From Pseudomonas sp. (GTDB taxonomy: Bacteria > Pseudomonadota > Gammaproteobacteria > Pseudomonadales > Pseudomonadaceae), in contig NZ_JBLXAP010000002.1 of the NCBI RefSeq assembly GCF_048265905.1, positions 103,796 through 127,795 of the forward strand: DNA of 24,000 nt, in the 5' to 3' direction. Position 1 is the first letter of the stretch. The number at the start of each line of letters is the position of its first letter. The notes beneath the pieces were generated by a model. That model saw nothing but the letters and a program-made list of their open reading frames with translations, was not told the origin of the DNA and made no database searches. This document shows, in pieces, positions 17,339 to 24,000 of the stretch. The translations under genes were made by a program, and so were the position numbers.

Positions 17339-18153
17339 GTCAGTGGCAGCAAGAGATTGAAACCTATTTGCTTGGGGCTGACTCGGTTGCCAATTCTGAA
17401 TTGCGCGCCACGCTGGTGGGCAGCGCGAACCTTGATGTCGATCTGGGCTTGGCGATTTATCACAACGCCTATCGTGCACGGCTGATCGAAACCCTGCGCG
17501 GCGATTACAGCGCGGTGCATGGTTGGATGGGCGACGAAGAATTTGATGCACTGGCGCTGGCCTATATCAATGCCTATCCGCCCGATCATTTCAGCCTGCG
17601 TTGGCTGGGTGCCCGGTTTGCCGAGTTCATCGAGGCTCATCTGATACCTGAGCAAGCCGAACCATTGGCCGAGTTGGCGCGTTTTGAGTGGGCGTTCACC
17701 CTGTCATTCGATGCAGCAGATGGCCAGCCGCTAACAGAAGCTTTGCTCGCCAGCTTGCAGGCTGATGAGTGGCCAAATCTGCAAACACGCTTGTTGCCAA
17801 GCGTGCAGTGGCAAACGTTGCGTTATAACACCCTGGCGTTATGGCGCGCGTTGAAAGACGACAGCGAATTTCCAGGCAGTCACGCGCTGGAGCAAGTGTC
17901 AGTATGCTTGATTTGGCGCAATGGTTTGATTAGCCGCTATCGCACGCTTGCACCTGATGAAGCCAGTGCGCTCTACAAAATGGCAGTGCAAGGCGGCAGC
18001 TTTGCCGAGCTCTGCGCTGACCTTACACCTCTAGGTGATAACGCAATGGGTCAGGCAATTACATGGATTCGCCAGTGGCTGGCTGACGGAACCTTGCAGC
18101 GTCACATTGGTGAGCCAGTCGTCTATCAGGTCGATAGCTTCATCAATCAATAA
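17329..18153 (+). CDS. bufC: DUF2063-family partner protein (BufC-like)
   Basis: A 274-aa ORF whose ATG overlaps the bufB 3' end by 10 nt, suggesting translational coupling. The N-terminal motif region (YHNAYRARLIETLRGDY..V....GDEEF..LA..YI...P) is typical of DUF2063 proteins paired with DUF692. Confidence 0.8.
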   Translation: MRLSQWQQEIETYLLGADSVANSELRATLVGSANLDVDLGLAIYHNAYRARLIETLRGDYSAVHGWMGDEEFDALALAYINAYPPDHFSLRWLGARFAEFIEAHLIPEQAEPLAELARFEWAFTLSFDAADGQPLTEALLASLQADEWPNLQTRLLPSVQWQTLRYNTLALWRALKDDSEFPGSHALEQVSVCLIWRNGLISRYRTLAPDEASALYKMAVQGGSFAELCADLTPLGDNAMGQAITWIRQWLADGTLQRHIGEPVVYQVDSFINQ

Positions 18154-18196
18154 GCTGAGCTACGCTTTTTGTTGTTAGCAAAAAGCGGAGGTTCAC

Positions 18197-19381
18197 ATGA
18201 TTCAATTTATACCGCCGGTATTACGAAGCCTGCAATTGCCGTTGCGCTTGAAATTGTGGGACGGCAAACAGCTTGATCTCGGCCCTCAGCCGCAGGTTAC
18301 GCTGGTGATCAAGGATCCCAGCCTCGTAGTGCAACTGAGCAATCCAAGTCTCGACGTTCTTGGAGGCGCTTATGTTGAGGGTCGTGTTGAGTTAGAAGGC
18401 AAGATGAGTGACATCATTAAGGTCGGTGTCGACCTCAGTGAAGCGCTGGTGCCTGACGACAGCCCCGCCGCGGTTGAACATGAGCGACATGACAAAGCCA
18501 CTGATGCTGCCGCCATAAGTTATCACTACGACCTGTCCAACGAGTTTTATGCACTCTGGCTCGACCCGGAGATGGTCTATTCGTGCGGCTATTTTGCAGC
18601 CGGTAGCGAGTCTTTGGAGCAAGCCCAGTTGGAAAAAATACGCTTGTTGTGCCGAAAGCTGCGCCTGCAACCGGGCGATAAGCTGCTTGATGTCGGTTGT
18701 GGTTGGGGCGGCTTTGCACGCTTGGCTGCCCGCGAGTTTGGTGCAGAGGTTTATGGCATTACCCTCAGTGCCGAGCAACTGAAATTGGCGCGCGAGCGAG
18801 TTGCCGAGCAAGGCCTGGACGATCAGGTAGAGCTGCAACTGATGGATTATCGCGACCTGCCGCAAGATGGGCGATTCGATAAAGTGGTCAGTGTCGGTAT
18901 GTTTGAGCATGTGGGTTACGCCAATCTACCGGAGTATTGCCAGTGCCTGTATGGCGCGGTCAAACCCGGCGGCCTGGTGATGAACCACGGTATTACCGCG
19001 CGCCATACAGATGGTCGTGCGGTTGGCCACGGTGCGGGTGACTTTATCGGCAAATATGTTTTTCCACATGGCGAACTGCCCCATCTTTCTGTCATGACTG
19101 CTGCGCTGAGTGACGCAGGATTGGAAGTGGTTGATGTCGAAAGCTTGCGCCTGCATTACGCGCGTACCTTGAACTTTTGGAGTGAAAGGCTTGAGACGCA
19201 ACTCGATAAAGCTGCGCTAATGGTTCCAGAACAAGCGTTGCGAATTTGGCGTTTGTATCTGGCGGGTTGCGCGTATGGTTTTGCCCAAGGCTGGATGAAC
19301 TTGCACCAAATATTGGCGGTTAAACCACTCTTGAATGGCGGTCATAATTTGCCGTGGTCGCGTGCGGATATCTATTCTTGA
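18197..19381 (+). CDS. Cyclopropane-fatty-acyl-phospholipid synthase family SAM-dependent methyltransferase
   Basis: A 394-aa ORF with GGAGG RBS, 43 nt after bufC. It has CMAS-family blocks: HYDLSNEFYALWLDPEMVYSCGYF, SAM-binding LLDVGCGWGG, VSVGMFEHVG and LRIWRLYLAGCAYGF. Confidence 0.85.
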   Translation: MIQFIPPVLRSLQLPLRLKLWDGKQLDLGPQPQVTLVIKDPSLVVQLSNPSLDVLGGAYVEGRVELEGKMSDIIKVGVDLSEALVPDDSPAAVEHERHDKATDAAAISYHYDLSNEFYALWLDPEMVYSCGYFAAGSESLEQAQLEKIRLLCRKLRLQPGDKLLDVGCGWGGFARLAAREFGAEVYGITLSAEQLKLARERVAEQGLDDQVELQLMDYRDLPQDGRFDKVVSVGMFEHVGYANLPEYCQCLYGAVKPGGLVMNHGITARHTDGRAVGHGAGDFIGKYVFPHGELPHLSVMTAALSDAGLEVVDVESLRLHYARTLNFWSERLETQLDKAALMVPEQALRIWRLYLAGCAYGFAQGWMNLHQILAVKPLLNGGHNLPWSRADIYS

Positions 19382-19408
19382 GTACAGATATAAAGCCGCT
19401 GTGTGGGC

Positions 19409-19451
19409 CGCGTCGCTGGCGCTAATGCACCGTTAGCGACGCGTTTGTCTT
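19409..19451 (+). terminator. Rho-independent terminator after the methyltransferase gene
   Basis: A 9-bp GC-rich stem CGCGTCGCT/AGCGACGCG with a 17-nt loop, followed by TTTGTCTT. Confidence 0.6.
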
Positions 19452-19484
19452 AACATGCTGCAATCTTGTTGAGATGATCGGTGC

Positions 19485-21239
19485 ATGCCTGCTTTTTTTC
19501 TTCGATACCGCGTTGGACTTACCGTTCTGCTGATTGCCATTGGCCTGCTTGGCAGTATGTGGTTGGCCGGGCGCTATGCACAGCAACGCGCCTGGCAGGA
19601 GCGTAGCGTCGAGGCGCGCGGCCAGTTACAGCTGTATGCGCAATCCATACACACTTTGGTTGAGCGTTTTAGCTCGGTGCCTGAGGTGCTCTCACTCGAC
19701 AGCGATATCAAAGCGGTGCTCAGCTCGCCGGATGATCTGTTGCTGCGAGCCGCGCTTAATCATCGGTTAGAGCAATTGAATCGGGCTGCCGGTTCCAATG
19801 TGCTTTATCTACTTAATGTTGAGGGTGACACGCTAGCGGCCAGCAACTGGCGTGAGTGGAGCAGCTTTGTCGGCAATAACTATGCATTCCGCCCCTATTT
19901 TCGTGACGCGCTAAAGCAGTCTTCAGGGCGTTATTTTGCGGTAGGGGTGACGACGGGGATACCCGGCTACTTTCTTTCCCATGTGGTGCTCGACGACCAC
20001 GATCAAATCATTGGCGTATTGGTGGTCAAGCTTGAGCTTGAAGAACTGCAGCGCGAATGGGTCGAGCAATCGGGTATCTTGCTGGTGGCCGATACTTATA
20101 ACGTAGTAATTCTGAGTAATCGCCCTGCATGGCGCTTTCGAACATTGAGCGAACTGAGTGATCAAGCGCGAAATGAGCTGATTGAGGTGCGAAAATATGC
20201 GGAACAAGCGCTAAAACCACTTCCCAGCAAGTTGCGTTTGCAGATTAACCCCGAGTCACAATGGCGTACCGTCGATGGTCCGGACGGTAAGCAGGATTAT
20301 CTCTGGCAGAGCCAGCAATTGGCGGACGAAGGCTGGAACCTGTACTTGCTGGTTGAGCCACAAAGTGTGGTCGACAGTGTGCGCAGCTATCGCTTGGCTG
20401 GCGCAGGTGTATGGATGACCCTGGCATTCTTACTGCTGTTCCTGCTCCAGCGGCGTAAAAATCATCGCCTGCAAGCGAGTATCCGTGAGCGTTTAGAACA
20501 GGAAGTTAGCCTGCGCACAGCAGAGCTGCGCGAAGCCCAGGACGGTTTGGTGCACGCGGCGAAAATGGCAGCCTTGGGGCAAATGTCTGCAGCGATGGCG
20601 CATGAAGTTAATCAACCGCTTACAGCCATGCGCATGCAATTGGGGAGTTTACGCTTGCTACTCGACAGCGGGCGCCAAACGGATGTGTATGCAGGCTTGC
20701 AACGTATCGATGGTTTGCTTGAGCGTATGGCTTCATTGACGAGCCATTTGAAAACCTTTGCCCGCAAAAGTCCGGCCGGGCTCAGTGAGCGCTTGCAGCT
20801 TGGCGAGGTTCTGGATCAGGCGCTACAGCTGTTAACGCCGCGAATACGTAGCGAAAGTGTGCAACTCCGCAGTCAAGTTGATTACAACGTTCATGTTCTG
20901 GGTGATGCTATTCGCCTTGAGCAGGTGTTGCTCAACTTACTCAATAACGCTTTGGATGCCATGACTGAGATTGAAAATGCACAGCTTGAGGTGGTTATCC
21001 AGCGTTGTGCTGAGCAATGCGTGCTGACGGTCGCCGATAATGGTGGTGGCATTGCTGGGGATAACTTGAGCCATGTATTCGATCCGTTCTTTACCACCAA
21101 GCCAGTCGGTCAAGGCTTGGGTTTGGGCTTGGCTGTGTCATACGGCATCGTGCAGGAATTAGGTGGCACGCTAGAAGTGTCTAACAGCGATGTTGGCGCA
21201 GTATTCACCCTGAAGCTGCCGATTGCGCCAGAGCCATAA
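19485..21239 (+). CDS. DctB-family sensor histidine kinase (periplasmic double-PDC/Cache sensor)
   Basis: A 584-aa ORF with TM1 (VGLTVLLIAIGLLGSMWLAG), a periplasmic region containing the YAFRPYFRDA...GRYFAVGVTTGIPGYFLS motif and TM2 (AGVWMTLAFLLLFLL). It also has a HisKA H-box (AAMAHEVNQPL) and HATPase N and G boxes (LLNNALDA, DNGGGI, GQGLGLGLAVS). Confidence 0.88.
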   Translation: MPAFFLRYRVGLTVLLIAIGLLGSMWLAGRYAQQRAWQERSVEARGQLQLYAQSIHTLVERFSSVPEVLSLDSDIKAVLSSPDDLLLRAALNHRLEQLNRAAGSNVLYLLNVEGDTLAASNWREWSSFVGNNYAFRPYFRDALKQSSGRYFAVGVTTGIPGYFLSHVVLDDHDQIIGVLVVKLELEELQREWVEQSGILLVADTYNVVILSNRPAWRFRTLSELSDQARNELIEVRKYAEQALKPLPSKLRLQINPESQWRTVDGPDGKQDYLWQSQQLADEGWNLYLLVEPQSVVDSVRSYRLAGAGVWMTLAFLLLFLLQRRKNHRLQASIRERLEQEVSLRTAELREAQDGLVHAAKMAALGQMSAAMAHEVNQPLTAMRMQLGSLRLLLDSGRQTDVYAGLQRIDGLLERMASLTSHLKTFARKSPAGLSERLQLGEVLDQALQLLTPRIRSESVQLRSQVDYNVHVLGDAIRLEQVLLNLLNNALDAMTEIENAQLEVVIQRCAEQCVLTVADNGGGIAGDNLSHVFDPFFTTKPVGQGLGLGLAVSYGIVQELGGTLEVSNSDVGAVFTLKLPIAPEP

Positions 21240-21349
21240 GGCTGGGGTGATCCAATGGTACCTGCTCACAGTTTCAGCGGATTGTTCAAATCGAGACTAC
21301 CAAGTCAGGCTCATGGCGATACACTGCGCGCGTTCAAGTTGGAGGGTGT

Positions 21350-22693
21350 ATGAGCAGTCAGGTGTTGGTTGTTGATGATGAAGTGGCAATCCGCGAAGCC
21401 GTGCAGCAATGGCTGGAGCTTTCTGGTTTCAGTGTGCAAACCTGTTCAAGCGCTGCTCAGGCGCTGGCTTTGGTTGATCGGGATTTCCCCGGCGTAGTCA
21501 TCAGCGATGTGCGCATGCCTGGTACTGACGGCCTGCAACTGCTGGAAAAGTTGATCGAGCTTGATCGTGATCTGCCAGTGATTATGGTCACAGGCCATGG
21601 TGATGTGCCGATGGCTGTGCAAGCCCTGCATCAGGGCGCTTATGATTTCATCGAGAAACCATTTACCCCTGAACGTCTGCTCGACAGCGTGCGCCGCGCC
21701 CTTGAAAAGCGGCGTTTGGTCTGTGAAAACCGTGAGCTGCGCCAACAGTTTGCAAATAAAGATCGAATTGAAAGTCAGCTGCTCGGCGTTTCGCGACCTA
21801 TGGAAAATCTGCGTCGACAGATTCTTGAGCTGGCCGGCACCTCGGTGAATATCCTGATTCGCGGCGAGACCGGTAGCGGCAAAGAACGGGTTGCGCGTTG
21901 TTTGCATGATTTCAGCGCGCGAGCGGGCAAGCCGTTTGTGGCGTTGAACTGCGCGGCGATCCCCGAGAACTTGTTCGAGAGTGAGTTATTCGGCCACGAA
22001 AGCGGTGCCTTTACTGGTGCGCAAGGCAGGCGGATTGGTCGTATCGAGCACGCTGACGGAGGCACTCTATTCCTTGATGAAATCGAGAGTCTGCCACTGG
22101 CTCAGCAAGTAAAGCTGTTACGCGTTCTGCAGGAAAAGACCCTTGAACGGCTGGGTTCAAATCGCAGCATTCAAGTGGATTTGCGGGTGATTAGCGCCGT
22201 TAAGCCGGATTTACTCGATGAAGTGCGCAACGGTCGCTTCCGTGAGGATTTGTTCTACCGGCTAAACGTTGCAACCCTGCAAGTTCCAGCCTTATGTGAT
22301 CGTCGTGAAGATATTCCGCTGCTGTTTGAGCACTTCGCCCAAGAGGCCGCACATCGTCATGGTCGTGAAGTTTCGCCGCTACCGGCCACCGAGCTGGCAC
22401 GTTTGCTCGGGCATGACTGGCCGGGCAATGTGCGTGAGCTGATAAACGCCGCTGAACGCCATGCATTGGGCTTAAGCGCGCCGGTTGAGGCGTTTGCCAG
22501 CCAGTCGTTGGCTGAGCAGATGGAAAGCTTTGAAGCGCAATGCCTGCATAACGCCTTGTTGCACTGTCAGGGCAATATTGCTCGGGTCATGGAGTTGCTG
22601 CAGCTACCACGGCGCACGCTCAACGAGAAAATGCAGCGCCATGGCTTGCAGCGCAGCAGCTATCGTCCGGCGGGCAGTCAAGATGATGAATAG
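21350..22693 (+). CDS. DctD-family sigma54-dependent response regulator
   Basis: A 447-aa ORF with GGAGGG RBS. The receiver is canonical (VLVVDDE..., VISDVRMPGTDG, VIMVTGHGD). It has Walker A GETGSGKE, GAFTGA, FREDLFYRLNV and a C-terminal HTH (GNIARVMELLQLPRRTLNEKM). Confidence 0.9.
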   Translation: MSSQVLVVDDEVAIREAVQQWLELSGFSVQTCSSAAQALALVDRDFPGVVISDVRMPGTDGLQLLEKLIELDRDLPVIMVTGHGDVPMAVQALHQGAYDFIEKPFTPERLLDSVRRALEKRRLVCENRELRQQFANKDRIESQLLGVSRPMENLRRQILELAGTSVNILIRGETGSGKERVARCLHDFSARAGKPFVALNCAAIPENLFESELFGHESGAFTGAQGRRIGRIEHADGGTLFLDEIESLPLAQQVKLLRVLQEKTLERLGSNRSIQVDLRVISAVKPDLLDEVRNGRFREDLFYRLNVATLQVPALCDRREDIPLLFEHFAQEAAHRHGREVSPLPATELARLLGHDWPGNVRELINAAERHALGLSAPVEAFASQSLAEQMESFEAQCLHNALLHCQGNIARVMELLQLPRRTLNEKMQRHGLQRSSYRPAGSQDDE

Positions 22694-22709
22694 GCGAATT
22701 ATCGCCTAT
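22690..22709. promoter_or_regulatory. Palindrome ATAGGCGA-ATTA-TCGCCTAT overlapping the regulator stop codon, with a repeated half-site ATAGGCGG at 22722-22729; candidate UAS
   Basis: Read directly. The two elements lie about 100 and 70 bp upstream of the sigma54 promoter at 22792. The function is inferred. Confidence 0.35.
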
Positions 22710-22791
22710 GCGTGATCGGTTATAGGCGGATTGTTGCCGGTATTCGGTTGTTCATTTGTCAAAACCCCTCTAGAGCAGGACTTTCACGTAT

Positions 22792-22807
22792 TGGCACGGC
22801 ATCTGCT
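22792..22807 (+). promoter_or_regulatory. Strong candidate sigma54 (-24/-12) promoter
   Basis: TGGCACGGCATCTGCT compared with the consensus TGGCACG-N4-TTGCW. TGGCACG is perfect, the spacing is exact, and there is one mismatch in the -12 element. It lies downstream of a DctD-type EBP and upstream of the TAXI-TRAP gene. Confidence 0.7.
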
Positions 22808-23071
22808 AAGTTTGATGTAACCCGTTTTTTGTTTACGGGTAATCCAATAAGAAAGACTAGAGGTTTGCCATGAATCATCTTGCCTATTGCGTAAGTCATT
22901 CGCACATAACAGCAAACGCCTTCTCCAGTGCGCCGGGCAATATGCCTCGCGTAAGCGAAAGCTTATTTCTGACGCTCCAATAAGATCTGACGCCTGCCAG
23001 CCTCTTTGCAGGGGGCATCGTCTACAGTGAAAAACTCTGCATAAAGCCATAACAACGACGGAGATTCATCC

Positions 23072-24000
23072 ATGCGATTGACCAAGCGTTTAAGCCTGTT
23101 CGCAGCTGCCGCAACCCTGACTGCAAGCACTGCAGTTCTGGCAGCCCCAACCTTTATCAACATCCTCACGGGCGGCACCAGCGGTGTTTACTACCCGATT
23201 GGTGTTGGCCTGTCGCAGATCTACAGCAACGGCATTGAAGGTTCGAAAACCTCAGTTCAAGCGACCAAGGCGTCGGTTGAGAACCTCAACTTGCTGCAAG
23301 CAGGCCGTGGTGAGCTGGCGCTGGCGCTGGGTGATTCTGTTGCTGACGCCTGGAACGGTGTCGAAGAGGCGGGCTTTAAAGCACCGCTGAAAAAGCTGCG
23401 GGCGATTGCCGGTACTTACCCGAACTACATTCAGATCGTTGCCAACAAAGAGTCGGGCATCAAAACCCTGGCTGACCTGAAAGGCAAAAGCATCTCGGTT
23501 GGCGCACCTAAATCAGGGACTGAGCTGAATGCTCGGGCAATCCTCAAAGCAGCTGGTTTGACCTATGAAGACATGGGCAAAGTTGAGTTCTTGCCGTATG
23601 CCGAGTCGGTCGAGCTGATCAAAAACCGCCAGCTTGACGCTACTCTGCAGTCTTCGGGCCTGGGCATGGCGGCTATTCGTGACCTCGCGGCTACCTTGCC
23701 AATCAACTTCGTGTCGGTTCCAGCTGATGTGGTTGCCAAGATTGGTAACGATGCTTATCAGCCGGCCAGCATCCCAGCGGGCACTTACGACGGTCAGGAC
23801 GCTGACGTTCCAACGGTTGCCATCACTAACATCCTGGTGAGCCATGAAGGTGTTTCTGAAGAAACCGCCTACCAAATGACCAAGCTGATGTTTGAAAACC
23901 TTGAGCGTTTGGGTAATGCCCACTCCGCGGCCAAGGACATCAAGTTGGAAACCGCTGCCAAGAACCTGCCAATCCCGCTGCACCCAGGTGCGGAGCGCTA
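23072..24000 (+). CDS. TAXI-family TRAP transporter solute receptor (3' end outside the window)
   Basis: This ORF is absent from the ORF track because it has no stop within the window; I translated it by hand from ATG 23072 (GGAG 8 nt upstream). The translation reads MRLTKRLSLFAAAATLTASTAVLA/APTFINILTGGTSGVYYPIGVGLSQIY...ELALALGD...YIQIVANKESGIKTLADLKGKSISVGAPKSGTE...LPIPLHPGAERY. The GGTSGVYYPIG and PLHPGAERY blocks are TAXI hallmarks. Confidence 0.85.
   Translation, partial: MRLTKRLSLFAAAATLTASTAVLAAPTFINILTGGTSGVYYPIGVGLSQIYSNGIEGSKTSVQATKASVENLNLLQAGRGELALALGDSVADAWNGVEEAGFKAPLKKLRAIAGTYPNYIQIVANKESGIKTLADLKGKSISVGAPKSGTELNARAILKAAGLTYEDMGKVEFLPYAESVELIKNRQLDATLQSSGLGMAAIRDLAATLPINFVSVPADVVAKIGNDAYQPASIPAGTYDGQDADVPTVAITNILVSHEGVSEETAYQMTKLMFENLERLGNAHSAAKDIKLETAAKNLPIPLHPGAER

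Noticed and set aside
22784-23178. Minus-strand ORFs 22784..23050 and 22963..23178
   Set aside because: They lie in the leader and 5' end of the TAXI receptor gene on the opposite strand and have no RBS or motifs. The + strand features (sigma54 promoter, TAXI CDS) explain the region better.

Overview
The window looks like an origin-proximal, Pseudomonas-type chromosomal segment; the genus guess rests only on gene order and protein similarity judged by eye. Positions 1-8500 are conserved core genes, all on the + strand: atpA (5' truncated), atpG, atpD, atpC, glmU, a DeoR-type glmR and glmS. The canonical attTn7 position just after glmS is unoccupied, and accessory-looking DNA starts there. It holds four parts. 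(1) A sigma54 enhancer-binding protein (EBP) with a degenerate receiver-like N-terminus (+). (2) Convergent to it on the - strand, a complete functional-amyloid operon fapA-B-C-D-E-F plus a trailing small 2-TM ORF. This operon appears to be driven by a -24/-12 (sigma54) promoter with an IHF-consensus site and three copies of an 18-bp palindrome upstream. (3) Divergent from fapA, a bufferin-type RiPP cluster: a Sec-signal 6-Cys precursor, a DUF692/MNIO enzyme and a DUF2063 partner. A CFA-synthase-family methyltransferase follows where a DoxX gene is usually found. (4) A DctB/DctD-like two-component system and a strong sigma54 promoter upstream of a TAXI-type TRAP solute receptor that is 3' truncated by the window edge. 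I saw no rRNA, tRNA, CRISPR array, transposase or integrase. Two further observations: the perfect DnaA-box 9-mer occurs six times, including an inverted pair inside a 31-bp perfect palindrome between atpD and atpC, and a strong intrinsic terminator sits inside the fap operon between fapC and fapD. All family assignments come from motifs read by eye, since no searches could be run.
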